A stretch of 64,000 nt of DNA from Candidatus Omnitrophota bacterium (GCA_963805065.1 CAWDSS010000010.1:407059-471058); one strand, 5' to 3'; positions 13,115 through 23,706 are shown, counted from the stretch's first letter. The notes: a model not told the origin generated them from the sequence alone. Made by a program: numbers and translations.

Positions 13115-14270
13115 TCTTCCTCCCTTGTGAAAATATTTTCATTCTATTCAAGGCCTCTTTTAAATTGTCGAAACTTGAGGCATAAGATATACGAACATAA
13201 TCCTTAAATTCGCTGCCGAATGCCGTTCCCGGCACAACCGCAACTTTCTGTTGTTTCAGGAGCTTTTGCGCAAAATCCATCCCAGAAAGCCCTGTTTTTT
13301 TCACCGAAGGAAAAGCATAAAATGCGCCTTGCGGCTCGTGGCACACAAGGCCTAAATTATTCAGGCTGCCCACGATAAACTCCCTGCGCCTCCTATATTC
13401 GCGCTTCATTTCCTCAACAGATTTTCTGCCGGTTGCCAATGCCTCACAGGCAGCCATCTGGCTGGTTATGGGAACGCACATAATAGTATACTGGTGAATC
13501 TTGGTCATTGCAGCAATTATTTCACGCGGGCCGCAGACAAAACCCACTCTCCAGCCGGTCATAGCATAACTCTTGGAAAAACCATCCAGGTAAATCGTGT
13601 TTTGTTTTGCGCCTTTTAGCGTGGCAAAAGGGATATGCTGGAAATCGTAGGTTAAATCACCGTAGATTTCATCGGTGATGCAAAGCAATTTGTGTTTTAA
13701 TAAGACCTTATTGATACCTTCCAATTCTTTTTTAGTATAGGATACGCCTGTGGGATTGCCGGGATAATTCAACAGCAGGGCCTTGGTCTTTTTATCAATA
13801 TATTTTTCCAGGGTCTTAGGACTAAGTTTGAAGCCTTCATCTTTTGTGTTAATGAATACGGGGGTTCCGCCGGCTAATTCCGTAATCGGGCCGTAAGATA
13901 CGTAACTGGGAGATGGTATAAGTATTTTGTCTTGCGGGTTTATGATTGCGCGCAGAGCCAAATCTAAACCTTCACTTGCGCCGACAGTAATCAGGATTTC
14001 CTCATCAGGGCAATAATCCAGATTATGCTTAGCTTTAAGGTAACGGTTGATGCTTAACCTTAGTTTATAAAGCCCTTTATTGGAGGTATAAGAAGTAAAA
14101 CCCTGCTCTAGCGAATAAATGCCTGCTTCGCGTATGGGCCAGGGAGTAACGAAATCCGGCTCACCCACACCAAGGGAAATCACATCTTTCATCCCCAGCA
14201 CCAGATCGAAAAATGCGCGGATGCCCGAAGGCTGCATTTCCCGGACTTTTTTAGAAATGATATTTTTCAT
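13107..14270 (-). CDS. PLP-dependent aminotransferase, class I (aspartate/alanine aminotransferase-like)
   Basis: 387 aa; PLP-lysine region SKSYAMTGWRVGF; typical fold-type I sequence. Confidence 0.85.
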   Translation of the reverse strand: MKNIISKKVREMQPSGIRAFFDLVLGMKDVISLGVGEPDFVTPWPIREAGIYSLEQGFTSYTSNKGLYKLRLSINRYLKAKHNLDYCPDEEILITVGASEGLDLALRAIINPQDKILIPSPSYVSYGPITELAGGTPVFINTKDEGFKLSPKTLEKYIDKKTKALLLNYPGNPTGVSYTKKELEGINKVLLKHKLLCITDEIYGDLTYDFQHIPFATLKGAKQNTIYLDGFSKSYAMTGWRVGFVCGPREIIAAMTKIHQYTIMCVPITSQMAACEALATGRKSVEEMKREYRRRREFIVGSLNNLGLVCHEPQGAFYAFPSVKKTGLSGMDFAQKLLKQQKVAVVPGTAFGSEFKDYVRISYASSFDNLKEALNRMKIFSQGRKSG

Positions 14271-14282
14271 TTTTAAAATAAT

Positions 14283-14337
14283 GGGGACGTTTCTATTTTT
14301 CCTCTAAACTGGAGACGTTAAAAATAGAAACGTCCCC
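14283..14337. repeat. palindromic intergenic repeat, copy A (arms GGGGACGTTTCTATTTTT / AAAAATAGAAACGTCCCC)
   Basis: Perfect 18-bp inverted arms around the loop CCTCTAAACTGGAGACGTT, flanked by A/T runs; one of five copies in the window. Confidence 0.85.
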
Positions 14338-14344
14338 ATTTTTT

Positions 14345-14392
14345 CCATTTTTTCGCAGTTTTGCGTTTTTACTTTTGGCTTTTAACTTTTTA
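14345..14392. repeat. AT-rich heptamer-periodic tract (GTTTTGC/GTTTTAC-like units)
   Basis: cagttttgcgtttttacttttggcttttaactttttact with ~7-nt periodicity, directly flanking repeat copy A. Confidence 0.5.
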
Positions 14393-14394
14393 CT

Positions 14395-14880
14395 CTAATA
14401 CGATATCGCAATTCTCTTATTCTCTTCCCTGTGTTTCAAAATAACTCCATCCTCTTTGTATTTCTTAAGCAGGAAATGTGTTGCGGTGCCGCGCACATGC
14501 TCAAGGCAGGCGAGTTTCTCTGCCACAAAATTGGAAACTGTATGGATGTTTCTGCCTTCCACAACCAATAGAAGGTCGTATGTCCCGGAAAGAAGATAAC
14601 AGCTGGTTACTTCCGGAAAAGAATAAATCCTTTCGGCAATTTTATCAAAGCCAAAATCTTTCTGAGGCGCAATATTGACTTCTATAATTGCCCGCACGCT
14701 GGAATCTTCGTCTTTAATTAAATCTTTGTTTATCACTGCCTTATACTTTAAAATTACCCCTTCCTTTTCGTATTTTGCCATTGCCTTCTTTATCTCCTGC
14801 GGCTTTTTCTTTAACATTTTGGCAATTTCTTCCGCAGTTGTGCGGGCGTCTTTTTCCAAAATCTCTAATATTTCATCCAT
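14395..14880 (-). CDS. Lrp/AsnC-family transcriptional regulator
   Basis: 161 aa; N-terminal HTH (ILEILEKDARTTAEEIAKML) plus a C-terminal RAM/ACT-like domain. Confidence 0.8.
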   Translation of the reverse strand: MDEILEILEKDARTTAEEIAKMLKKKPQEIKKAMAKYEKEGVILKYKAVINKDLIKDEDSSVRAIIEVNIAPQKDFGFDKIAERIYSFPEVTSCYLLSGTYDLLLVVEGRNIHTVSNFVAEKLACLEHVRGTATHFLLKKYKEDGVILKHREENKRIAISY

Positions 14881-14892
14881 TTAATCCCCCTT

Positions 14893-14925
14893 TTTTAACA
14901 AAAATACCCCGCGTTTCCCGGGGCG
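14893..14925 (-). terminator. terminator after the CheY-like regulator (end of pst operon 1)
   Basis: Hairpin CCCCG-cgtttcc-CGGGG, followed on the minus strand by TATTTTTGTTAAAAAA. Confidence 0.45.
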
Positions 14926-14952
14926 AAATCTGCTGTAATTTTAAAGGATTTT

Positions 14953-15351
14953 TTAGTGTTTGTCTTTCTCACGCAAGTCAAGGCTGACTACCTTTTTTAG
15001 AATTATATCTTCGAGGAAGTTAGCTGTAAAGGGTTTGGAAATATAATCATCCGCGCCTAGGGATTTGGCCTGGGCAACGCTATCCTCATCGTTTAAGGCA
15101 GTAACCATAATGACTTTTATATCCTTGTTTATCTCTTTTATCTGGCGCAGCGTATCCAAACCAGACTCCGAACCTAAGCGGATATCCAAAAGCACGACAT
15201 GAGGCTGGTCCCTTTTTACTATGTCAATTGCCTCTATTCTGGAATTGGCCCCAAAGGTGCAGTAATTCTTCTTCCTTAAGAAACTGCGGGTCAGCTCGCA
15301 TATTTCGTTTTCATCATCAACTACTAATACCTTAATGATATCCATAAGCAA
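14953..15351 (-). CDS. single-domain response regulator (CheY-like receiver)
   Basis: 132 aa; VLVVDDE...LLDIRLGSESGLD...IMVTALNDED...GADDYISKPF. Confidence 0.8.
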   Translation of the reverse strand: MLMDIIKVLVVDDENEICELTRSFLRKKNYCTFGANSRIEAIDIVKRDQPHVVLLDIRLGSESGLDTLRQIKEINKDIKVIMVTALNDEDSVAQAKSLGADDYISKPFTANFLEDIILKKVVSLDLREKDKH

Positions 15352-15420
15352 TTATATTACCATATTTCGGGTCAGAATCAAGATATATTGAGGATCGTGC
15401 CTAAAGGAGGGTGCCTAATG

Positions 15421-16089
15421 CTAATTTAACTTTTCCGGCCGGTGTTTGACTACCTTGGCCTCTACCATATAGATTATATCCTCTGCAATATTGGTAGTAT
15501 GGTCGCATATACGCTCTAAGTGGCGGGAAATCAACAAGAGAGGCACTGCACGGTCAGCGGTTTTAGAATCCTTAAGCATATAATCATTTATCAGTTCCTG
15601 CTGCACGAGGTTACGCAGTTTATCAGCTTCTGCGTCCGAAAGAACCACTTCTCTTGCCAACTCTACATTCTTATTGATAAAGGCGTCTATTGCCTGGCGG
15701 ACCATATCCTGGGCAATGGCTGATAATTTTGGAATGTCAATCAGAGGCTTAAGCAATGGCTTATCTGCGATTTCTATAACACGCTGCGCAATATCCACAG
15801 CCAAATCAGCAATGCGTTCAAGCTCGGAATTAATCTTCATTCCCGTGGTGATAAACCTTAAATCACTCGCCAGGGGCTGGTAACGGGCAATTAAATCTAT
15901 GCATTTTTCGTCAACTTCAAGCTCTAATTCGTCAATCTTATCGTCAGCATCTATTACTTCATTGGCCTGCTGTTTATCCCGGTTTTTTAAAGCCTCGGTT
16001 GATTTGAAAATTGCTTCCTGAGCCAATACCCCCATCTTTAGGATATCCTTGTGCAGCTCTTTTAGCTCCTCATCTAAATGTCTTTCCAT
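15421..16089 (-). CDS. phoU: phosphate-transport regulator PhoU
   Basis: 222 aa; two PhoU repeats ([31 protein letters not shown]; ERICDHTTNIAEDIIYMV). Confidence 0.85.
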   Translation of the reverse strand: MERHLDEELKELHKDILKMGVLAQEAIFKSTEALKNRDKQQANEVIDADDKIDELELEVDEKCIDLIARYQPLASDLRFITTGMKINSELERIADLAVDIAQRVIEIADKPLLKPLIDIPKLSAIAQDMVRQAIDAFINKNVELAREVVLSDAEADKLRNLVQQELINDYMLKDSKTADRAVPLLLISRHLERICDHTTNIAEDIIYMVEAKVVKHRPEKLN

Positions 16090-16145
16090 TCAATCCTCCT
16101 TGCCTGCAAAGGCACACCCGCGCAACTCCACATAAGCGCGGGGTG

Positions 16146-16901
16146 TTAACCGTATCTACCGGTAATATAATCTTCCGTACGCCTATCTTTAGGTGCCGTG
16201 AATATATCCTGTGTTTTTGCGAATTCAATCAATTCGCCTAACAGCATGAACCCTGTATCGTCGGAAACGCGCGCAGCCTGCTGCATATTATGGGTAACAA
16301 TTATTATAGTATAATTATTCTTTAGTTCACGCATTAATTCTTCTATCCTCTGCGTTGCCTGGGGGTCTAGTGCGGAACAAGACTCATCCATCAATAATAC
16401 GTCGGGTTTTACTGCCAAAAGCCGTGCAATACAGAGCCTCTGTTTCTGCTCCAAAGACAATCCCAAAGCCGATTCCCGAAGCCTATCCTTCAAATCTTCC
16501 CACAAAAGGACCGACCTTAAACTTTTTTCCACGATTTCATCCAGGTTGTTTCGCCTTACAGACTCAGCATGGATTTTTTCTCCGAAAACAATGTTTTCAT
16601 AAATTGACAGGGGAAACGGGTTGGGACGCTGAAACACCATGCCCACGGTTTTGCGCAATCTGACTAGGTCTATTTTTGCATCAATTATATTCTCTTTTTC
16701 GATAAGGACTTCGCCCTCTACACGCACGCCGTCAATCAGGTCATTCATCCTGTTAAAAGCCCTAAGCAAGGTTGACTTGCCGCATCCGGAAGGCCCGATA
16801 ATCGCGGTAATTCTTTTCTCTGCAAAATCAGCATTCACGTTTTTCAGGGCATGAAAATCACTGTACCAAAGATTAAGGTTGTTAACGATTATTTTAGGCA
16901 T
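16146..16901 (-). CDS. pstB: phosphate ABC transporter ATP-binding protein PstB
   Basis: 251 aa; Walker [10 protein letters not shown]; ABC signature [16 protein letters not shown]; PstB-typical C-terminal [10 protein letters not shown]. Confidence 0.9.
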   Translation of the reverse strand: MPKIIVNNLNLWYSDFHALKNVNADFAEKRITAIIGPSGCGKSTLLRAFNRMNDLIDGVRVEGEVLIEKENIIDAKIDLVRLRKTVGMVFQRPNPFPLSIYENIVFGEKIHAESVRRNNLDEIVEKSLRSVLLWEDLKDRLRESALGLSLEQKQRLCIARLLAVKPDVLLMDESCSALDPQATQRIEELMRELKNNYTIIIVTHNMQQAARVSDDTGFMLLGELIEFAKTQDIFTAPKDRRTEDYITGRYG

Positions 16902-17647
16902 TATCCGAACTTTCCTCTAATATAACCATCTGTTCGCTTATCAAAAGGCGCAGTAAATATTTTATCGGTATTATCAATTTCGATCAATTCCCCATTCAAA
17001 AAAAACGCAGTCCTATCGCCCACCCTGGCTGCCTGTTTAACATTATTCGTAACCAGAACTATTGTGTAATGCTTTTTCAATACCAGCATTGCCTCTTCCA
17101 CTTTCGCAGTAGATATGGGGTCAAGCCCGGAACATGGCTCATCGAATAAAATCACATCCGGCTCTAACGCCAGGGTCCTTGCTATGCACAAACGCTGCTG
17201 TTGGCCTCCGGATAATTTGAAAGCGGAAACACTTAACCTGTCTTTGACCTCTTCCCAAAGATATCCTTTTTTCAACGCCTCTTCTACCTTCTCTGCCAGC
17301 TTCTTTGTATTCTTTAACCCAAGCATCCGTATTCCATAGGCCACATTATCAAAAATAGAAAGCGGCAGAGGCAAAGGTAAAGCAAAAACCATGCCGATTT
17401 TTCTACGCAATAATTCTACATCCATCTTATTAATGCCTACTCCGTCAAATTTAATGCTTCCCGTCATTTTAAAATTAAGACTGAGGTCATTTAAACGGTT
17501 AAGCATCCTTAAAAAAGTAGTCTTGCCGCTATTCGCCGGCCCTATCACGCTTAAAATTTCATTTGGCGCAATCTCCATGCTGACGTTTTTGAGCGCATGT
17601 ATAGAACCAAACCAAATATTTAGACCCTTGATATTAAACTTAGCCAC
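16901..17647 (-). CDS. second, divergent PstB-like ABC ATPase in tandem
   Basis: 248 aa; Walker [10 protein letters not shown]; signature [16 protein letters not shown]; C-terminal [10 protein letters not shown]. Confidence 0.8.
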   Translation of the reverse strand: MAKFNIKGLNIWFGSIHALKNVSMEIAPNEILSVIGPANSGKTTFLRMLNRLNDLSLNFKMTGSIKFDGVGINKMDVELLRRKIGMVFALPLPLPLSIFDNVAYGIRMLGLKNTKKLAEKVEEALKKGYLWEEVKDRLSVSAFKLSGGQQQRLCIARTLALEPDVILFDEPCSGLDPISTAKVEEAMLVLKKHYTIVLVTNNVKQAARVGDRTAFFLNGELIEIDNTDKIFTAPFDKRTDGYIRGKFG

Positions 17648-17670
17648 AACGACCTCTCAAATAAACCTCT

Positions 17671-17783
17671 GTCGATTTTTCGAAACATAATTAGCGGGTG
17701 GCTTGGAGTGATTTCGAGCTGCGTGATGCAGCGAGAAACACTCCAAGACAGGACCCGCTAATTCTACTAAACTAAAATCGACA
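17671..17783. repeat. large compound palindrome inside pst operon 1
   Basis: Outer arms GTCGATTTT/AAAATCGAC; inner ~20-bp arms TTAGCGGGTGGCTTGGAGTG / CACTCCAAGACAGGACCCGCTAA; central mini-hairpin GAGCTGC-gtgat-GCAGCgAG. Confidence 0.5.
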
Positions 17784-17795
17784 CATCAAACAAAC

Positions 17796-18647
17796 TCACC
17801 ATTTTTTGTTTTTCCTAAATTGATAGCGTATAATTATCGCCACTAAATTCATAAACAAGACCAGCGCAAGCAGGACAAGCGCGGTACCATATCTTACCTT
17901 TTCATCAACATTAGGCACTTGTGTGGAAATTACATAAAGATGGTACGGCAGCGCCATCGCCTGTTCAAATACGGATTTGGGAAGCTGGGGTAGATAAAAC
18001 GCAGCAACCGTAAAAAGAATAGGAGCTGTTTCTCCAGCAGCCCTGCCTAAACCGAGAATTGCTCCCGTAAGTATCCCGGGAATAGCATTAGGTAAAACTA
18101 TGTGCCTGATAGTCTGCCATTTACTTGCTCCTAAAGATAGACTTACTTCTCTAAACGATTGCGGGACACTTTCTAATGCCTCGCGCGAAGCAGTGATAAT
18201 TAACGGCAAAATCATGATTCCTAAGGTAAGCGACCCTGAAAGAATGGATGCTCCGAATTTAAAAAATATTACAAACAGCGCTAATCCAAACAACCCGTAA
18301 ACTACCGACGGAACACCTGCCAAATTTACAATGGCTAATTTTATTATGCGGGTCAAGAAGTTGTCTTTAGCATACTCACTTAAATATATAGCTGCCAGAA
18401 GCCCGATAGGCAAGGCAAAAATAATTGCGCCTACCACAAGATAAATCGTGCCTACTATAGCAGGGAATATTCCTCCGCTACGCATGCCCTGCCTTGGTAT
18501 ATCCGAAAGGAACTGCCAGTTAATGGCTGGTAAACCCTTTTGGACGATAATTACAACTATCAATCCTACGGGGATGACAATTGAAAGAGTTGCCAGCAAT
18601 AAGAAGAAAAAAGCGATATTTTGCGTGCGGTAAGGATTTTTCATCAT
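17796..18647 (-). CDS. pstA: phosphate ABC transporter permease PstA
   Basis: 283 aa; ABC permease EAA-like loop, multi-TM; operon position. Confidence 0.85.
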   Translation of the reverse strand: MMKNPYRTQNIAFFFLLLATLSIVIPVGLIVVIIVQKGLPAINWQFLSDIPRQGMRSGGIFPAIVGTIYLVVGAIIFALPIGLLAAIYLSEYAKDNFLTRIIKLAIVNLAGVPSVVYGLFGLALFVIFFKFGASILSGSLTLGIMILPLIITASREALESVPQSFREVSLSLGASKWQTIRHIVLPNAIPGILTGAILGLGRAAGETAPILFTVAAFYLPQLPKSVFEQAMALPYHLYVISTQVPNVDEKVRYGTALVLLALVLFMNLVAIIIRYQFRKNKKW

Positions 18648-19507
18648 TGCCTCTTATGCAAAAATAAATCAGCGGTTACGTTAATGGCAAAACTAATTAC
18701 AAACAAAACTATGCCAATAGCGAATAAAGCAAAATAATGTTCACTTCCTACTACTGCCTCTCCCATTTCAGCAGCGATAGTGGCGGTTAAAGTCCGTACC
18801 GGCACCAATATGCTCTGCGGGATAACCGCGGCATTACCTGTAATCATCATCACTGCCATAGTCTCTCCGATTACCCTTCCTACTCCCAGCATAACCGCAG
18901 CAAGTATACCGCTTGAGGCGGCCGGAAGCATCACCCGCCATATTGTCTGCCAATGAGTTGCTCCCAGAGCAAGGGCGCCCTCTTTGTAGGTCTTGGGAAC
19001 TGAATAAAGAGCGTCCTCGGCAATAGAAACTATGGTTGGCATAGCCATGAATGCCAGCATTATTGAGCCTGACAAAGCAGTTAACCCGGTAGGCAAATGA
19101 AAAATGTTCTTTACCAGCGGAACAAGCGTCACAATACCAATGAATCCTAAGACTACGCTTGGTATAGCCGCAAGTAATTCTATTCCAGCCTTAAGAACTT
19201 CTTTGCTTTTTTTAGGAGCAATCTCGGCGATATAAACCGCACAACCTACGCCAATGGGGATTGAGATGATTGCCGCGCCTAAAGTCACTATAAGCGAACC
19301 GAGAATCAAAGGAAGTATGCCTAATTGAGGCGGCTCTGAAATAGGATACCAGCTTTTCCCCAGCAGGAATTTATTAGGGCTTACGGTCTGGAATACCGCA
19401 AGCCCTTCTTTAAGCAGGAATAAAAATATAAGAATAACAAAAAAAATGGAAGCTAATCCACAGATAAGGACTAGCTTCTCGATAACGAATTCTTTAAATT
19501 TTCGCAC
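18644..19507 (-). CDS. pstC: phosphate ABC transporter permease PstC
   Basis: 287 aa; multi-TM permease between pstS and pstA. Confidence 0.85.
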   Translation of the reverse strand: MRKFKEFVIEKLVLICGLASIFFVILIFLFLLKEGLAVFQTVSPNKFLLGKSWYPISEPPQLGILPLILGSLIVTLGAAIISIPIGVGCAVYIAEIAPKKSKEVLKAGIELLAAIPSVVLGFIGIVTLVPLVKNIFHLPTGLTALSGSIMLAFMAMPTIVSIAEDALYSVPKTYKEGALALGATHWQTIWRVMLPAASSGILAAVMLGVGRVIGETMAVMMITGNAAVIPQSILVPVRTLTATIAAEMGEAVVGSEHYFALFAIGIVLFVISFAINVTADLFLHKRQ

Positions 19508-19512
19508 GTAAG

Positions 19513-20367
19513 TTATCTATTGATGGGAACAAAATCCGTCTTTAATACAATATCTTGTCCTTCTTGGGAAAGCACAAAATCAACAAATTTTTTCACCAAG
19601 CCTTTCGGCTCTCCATTAACATATAAAAATAAAGGTCTTGAAATCGGATATTTGCCACTCACAACATTATCTGTTGTGGAAGATACATATTCTGATGTTT
19701 CATCTTTTGCTACTGAAATAGCTTTTTGCTTGGAAGAAATATAACCCATACCATAGTAACCTATCGCAGAAGGGTTACCCGCTACTTCATCCGCAATTGC
19801 CTGGGAAGAAGGCAAAAGTAAAGCGCTTGACGCAAATTCTTCCTTGCCGTTGGGGTCTCCTTTTCTTAAAACATGCTCTTTAAAATATACGTGGGTCCCG
19901 GAATTAACTTCTCTGGAAAGAATCACAATTTTACTATCAAGGCCGCCTACTTCTTTCCAGTTAGAAACTTTCCCGGTAAATATTGCTGCCAATTGCGCTA
20001 TAGTCAATTTGCTTACGGGGTTTTTGGGATTTACAACCACAGCCAAACCATCTAAACCCACTTTTATTTCAAACGGGTTAATGCCTTTTTGCTTTGCCAG
20101 CGCTATTTCTTTTTCTTTAATGTTACGCGAGGCCATGGCAATATCACAAGTGCCGCTAATCAGGCTTGAGAATCCGGTCCCTGAGCCGCCTCCTGTAACT
20201 GCCACAAAATCACCGGGATTTTTCTCCATATATTTCTCAGCCCAAGCTTGCCCTAAATTTACCATGGTGTCGGAGCCTTTAACCTGTATGGAATTTTTCT
20301 CTGATGCAGCTAATGCATAGCTTACGAAAAGAAATGTTAGAACAATAAATAACCATTTTCTTAACAT
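19513..20367 (-). CDS. pstS: phosphate-binding protein PstS
   Basis: 284 aa; signal peptide; GSDTMVNLGQAWAEKY...VTGGGSGTGF...GTCDIAMASR. Confidence 0.85.
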   Translation of the reverse strand: MLRKWLFIVLTFLFVSYALAASEKNSIQVKGSDTMVNLGQAWAEKYMEKNPGDFVAVTGGGSGTGFSSLISGTCDIAMASRNIKEKEIALAKQKGINPFEIKVGLDGLAVVVNPKNPVSKLTIAQLAAIFTGKVSNWKEVGGLDSKIVILSREVNSGTHVYFKEHVLRKGDPNGKEEFASSALLLPSSQAIADEVAGNPSAIGYYGMGYISSKQKAISVAKDETSEYVSSTTDNVVSGKYPISRPLFLYVNGEPKGLVKKFVDFVLSQEGQDIVLKTDFVPINR

Positions 20368-20425
20368 ATTTACCCCTTTCTTTTACCAGCAGAATTCTTC
20401 TTCATTTGTATCTTTTATAAAGTAA

Positions 20426-20482
20426 TTATATTACTATTGTAATATTAATTATATGTAAATTCTATGTAAAGTTTATGTTAAG
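20426..20482 (-). promoter_or_regulatory. candidate Pho box (three 11-bp-phased TTTACAT/TTAACAT direct repeats) plus a TATAAT -10 upstream of pstS (operon 1)
   Basis: Plus-strand ATGTAAA at 20454-60 and 20465-71, ATGTTAA at 20476-82 (TTTACAT/TTAACAT on the coding strand); ATTATA at 20426-31 is a TATAAT on the coding strand. Confidence 0.5.
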
Positions 20483-21199
20483 TTATTGTGGTGCTTGCGG
20501 AGGGTTTTCTAGTTTTTCGGGATGGTGTTTAACTACTTTGGCTTTTACCATGTAAATAACGTCTTCGGCAATATTAGTGGCGTGGTCACATATACGCTCT
20601 AAATGACGGGCAATTAGGAATAAAGGGATTGCCCGGCTGATAGTGGATTTATCTTTCAAAATATAATCATTGATCAGCTCTTCCTGGACTAAGTTACGCA
20701 GGGCATCCGCATATTTGTCGGATAATATCACTTTCCCTGCCAATTCAGCATCTTCTTTCACGAATGAATCCAGCGCATCTTTAGTCATTTTTTGCGAAAG
20801 ACTGGTTAACTTCGGGATGTCAATCAAAGGCTTAAGCAAAGGCTCATCTGCTAATTCCAAAACCCGCTGCGCGATATCCACGGCAAGGTCAGCCATTCTT
20901 TCCAAATCCGTAGAAATCTTCATTGACATGGCAATGAATCGCAAATCAGAAGCCATAGGCTGCCTTAAAGCCAGCAAATCTAAACATTCTTCATCAATCT
21001 TAAGCTCCCATTCATCGATTATCCTATCATCAATTATTATCTTATGTGCCATATCTTGGCTTCGCTGCTTAAGGGCCTCTACTGAATTAAAAATCGCTTC
21101 TTCTACCAGTGTGCCTAACTTGAGTAAGTCCTGCTTTAAATCAGCCAGCTCTTCATCAAAATGCCTTTCCATATCAAGTCTCCTTAATCTTTTACCCAA
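20483..21199 (-). CDS. phoU: PhoU (second copy)
   Basis: 238 aa; [31 protein letters not shown]; [18 protein letters not shown]. Confidence 0.85.
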   Translation of the reverse strand: MGKRLRRLDMERHFDEELADLKQDLLKLGTLVEEAIFNSVEALKQRSQDMAHKIIIDDRIIDEWELKIDEECLDLLALRQPMASDLRFIAMSMKISTDLERMADLAVDIAQRVLELADEPLLKPLIDIPKLTSLSQKMTKDALDSFVKEDAELAGKVILSDKYADALRNLVQEELINDYILKDKSTISRAIPLFLIARHLERICDHATNIAEDVIYMVKAKVVKHHPEKLENPPQAPQ

Positions 21200-21953
21200 A
21201 CCTTCCTGTGATATAGGCCTCGGTTCTTTTATCCTTTGGAGCGGTAAAAATATCCTGGGTTTTAGCGAATTCGATTAATTCACCCAAAAGAAAGAATCCG
21301 GTGTAATCAGAAACCCTTGCTGCCTGCTGCATATTATGCGTGACTATTACGATAGTGTAGTCTTTCTTTAATTCGAGGATGAGTTCTTCGATTTTCGCGG
21401 TTGAGATGGGGTCAAGGCTGGCACAGGGCTCATCAAATAAGATTACTTGCGGCTCAACAGCAAGGCACCTGGCAATACATAATCTTTGCTGTTGTCCGCC
21501 GGAAAGCTTAAGCGCGCTCTCATGCAGCCTATCTTTTACTTCGCCCCACAAAGCTGCTTTCTTCAATGACTCCTCAACTTTTTCTTCAATAAATAGCCTA
21601 TCCTTAATTCCATTTACGTTAAGCCCGTAGCTGATGTTGTCGAATATGCTTTTAGGAAATGGATTTGGTTTCTGAAAAACCATTCCTACTTTCTTTCTTA
21701 TTTCAACCAGGTCAACAGAATCATTGACGATATCCGTTCTATCAAGGTAGATTTTACCGGTGAGAGTCGTATTCGCCACGAGCTCATTCATACGGTTTAG
21801 CAGCCTGATAAAAGTCGACTTTCCGCATCCGGAAGGGCCGATTATTGCGGTTACCTGATTCTGGTGAATATCAAGATTTATATTTCTTAAGGCCTGGACC
21901 TTATTGTAAAAGAAGCTTACGTCTTGCACCTTCATTTTCATTTTATTATCCAT
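21192..21953 (-). CDS. pstB: phosphate ABC transporter ATP-binding protein PstB (operon 2)
   Basis: 253 aa; GPSGCGKST; [16 protein letters not shown]; [10 protein letters not shown]. Confidence 0.9.
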   Translation of the reverse strand: MDNKMKMKVQDVSFFYNKVQALRNINLDIHQNQVTAIIGPSGCGKSTFIRLLNRMNELVANTTLTGKIYLDRTDIVNDSVDLVEIRKKVGMVFQKPNPFPKSIFDNISYGLNVNGIKDRLFIEEKVEESLKKAALWGEVKDRLHESALKLSGGQQQRLCIARCLAVEPQVILFDEPCASLDPISTAKIEELILELKKDYTIVIVTHNMQQAARVSDYTGFFLLGELIEFAKTQDIFTAPKDKRTEAYITGRFG

Positions 21954-22794
21954 ACATTTCCCTCTGTCTTTGTCGAATAAAAATAGCTATTCCTGAAATT
22001 AATAACACCATAAATAAAAGCACGAGGCTGCACCCGTAGGCGATAGCTGTTTGTTTATCCGGATGGGTGCCTTCGGTCATCAGCGCATAAATATGATACG
22101 GCAGCGCCATAACCTCAGAAAAAATAGATTTAGGATACCCGCGCAGATAAAAGGCTGCTGCGGTAAAAAGAATCGGGGCTGTTTCACCGGCAGCCCTTCC
22201 TATGCTTAAAATGATTCCCGTGAGAATTCCCGGTAAAGCCGTAGGCAAGACTATGTTCTTTATTGTTCCCCATTTAGTTGCCCCTAAAGACAGGGAGGCT
22301 TCTCTTATTGATTGCGGAACTGCCAATAATGCCTCCTGGCTTGATGAAATAATTAATGGTAGGATTAAAATTCCCAAAGTCAAACTTCCCGAGAGAATCG
22401 AAACGCCAAAACCAAAGAATTTTACAAATACCGCAAGCCCAAAAAGCCCGAATACGACCGAAGGAACCCCGGCTAAATTATTGATGCTTATTCTAATTAT
22501 ATTCACAACAAAGCCCTTGGGAGAATATTCACAAAGATAAATTGCGCATGCCAACCCCAGAGGCAAGGCGAAAATTATAGCACCCATAGTTAAACAGAAT
22601 GTGCCCACTATAGCCGGCGCAATCCCCCCTTGAGTCATAGCTGACCGTGGCCCTTGAGTAAGAAATTCCCAAGAGATTATTTTGAACCCTCTTACACTGA
22701 TAAAATAAATTATCAAAGCAAGGAAAATAAGGGTAGTTAACATACAAAGCAATAACATGAAAAACCCTAAATTCTGAGTAAGGTTCTTTTTCAT
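21946..22794 (-). CDS. pstA: PstA permease (operon 2)
   Basis: 282 aa; paralog of the 17796..18647 protein. Confidence 0.85.
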   Translation of the reverse strand: MKKNLTQNLGFFMLLLCMLTTLIFLALIIYFISVRGFKIISWEFLTQGPRSAMTQGGIAPAIVGTFCLTMGAIIFALPLGLACAIYLCEYSPKGFVVNIIRISINNLAGVPSVVFGLFGLAVFVKFFGFGVSILSGSLTLGILILPLIISSSQEALLAVPQSIREASLSLGATKWGTIKNIVLPTALPGILTGIILSIGRAAGETAPILFTAAAFYLRGYPKSIFSEVMALPYHIYALMTEGTHPDKQTAIAYGCSLVLLFMVLLISGIAIFIRQRQREMYG

Positions 22795-23666
22795 CCGCTC
22801 AATCCTAACTTTATTCTAAAGCGCCTGCTAATCAGTTCGGCAGCAATGTTAAAAACAAAGGTTGTCAAAAATAAAAGGAGTGCGATTGCAAAAAGCGCAT
22901 GATAATGTGCGCCACCCATGGGAGCCTCACCCATCTCCGCGGCAATTGCAGCGGTCATGGGCCTGACCGGTTCTAAAAATGAATGCGGAATAACTGCCGC
23001 ACCTCCGGCGACCATCAATACTGTCATAGTTTCGCCTATTGCCCTGCTCATTCCTAAAATAACCGCTGTTGAAATACCAGAACCTGCTGCGGGTATTATC
23101 ACTTTAGTTAAAGTTTGCCATCTATTCGCCCCCACAGCAAAAGACGCTTCACGAAATGACTTCGGCACATAATTTAAAGCATCGTCCGCCAAACTACATA
23201 CTGTAGGAGTTGCCATCACTCCTAATACTAAACTTGCATTAAGAGCACAAAGGCCGGTTGGGAGATGAAACAGGTTCTGTAAAAATGGCGTTAGAATTAC
23301 CATGCCGAAAAAACCATATACTACAGAAGGAATACTGGCTAATATTTCAATTAAAGGTTTTAGTATCGCTCTTTGTTTGTGTCCTGCCAATTCATGCAGA
23401 TATAATGCGCTTCCCACCCCTAAGGGGATACACACAAGAATTGCGCCAAATGTCACCCACACTGATGCTAATATCAAAGGCAAGATACCAAACTCAGGAG
23501 TTGAATACGTGGGATACCACGATTTACCGAATACAAACTGCCATATATTTACCTTTCTAAAGATCGGCAGGCCTTCATTAAAAAGAACTATGATAATCCC
23601 GATAAGGAATATCAAAGAAGAAAATGCTAGTATCGTAAAAATCCATTTATATAATTTTTCTTTCAT
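22791..23666 (-). CDS. pstC: PstC permease (operon 2)
   Basis: 291 aa; paralog of the 18644..19507 protein. Confidence 0.85.
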   Translation of the reverse strand: MKEKLYKWIFTILAFSSLIFLIGIIIVLFNEGLPIFRKVNIWQFVFGKSWYPTYSTPEFGILPLILASVWVTFGAILVCIPLGVGSALYLHELAGHKQRAILKPLIEILASIPSVVYGFFGMVILTPFLQNLFHLPTGLCALNASLVLGVMATPTVCSLADDALNYVPKSFREASFAVGANRWQTLTKVIIPAAGSGISTAVILGMSRAIGETMTVLMVAGGAAVIPHSFLEPVRPMTAAIAAEMGEAPMGGAHYHALFAIALLLFLTTFVFNIAAELISRRFRIKLGLSG

Positions 23667-23671
23667 CTATT

Positions 23672-23706
23672 TTATAAAAAATGCGGCAGGAAATCTGGCC
23701 TGCCGC
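23672..23706 (-). terminator. intra-operon hairpin plus T-run between pstS2 and pstC2 (attenuator-like)
   Basis: GCGGCAGG(23683-90)/CCTGCCGC(23699-706), followed on the minus strand by ATTTTTTAT. Confidence 0.45.

Noticed and set aside
16901-17647. Second PstB as a degenerate or inactive ATPase
   Set aside because: Walker A (GPANSGKTT), the LSGGQ signature and the Walker B/D-loop regions are all intact, so it is divergent but probably functional.
19844-20320. 158-aa plus-strand ORF
   Set aside because: Antisense within pstS1, which has clear phosphate-binding motifs.
20670-21278. 202-aa plus-strand Ser-rich ORF
   Set aside because: Antisense to phoU2/pstB; the composition is a by-product of the reverse frame; no start context.
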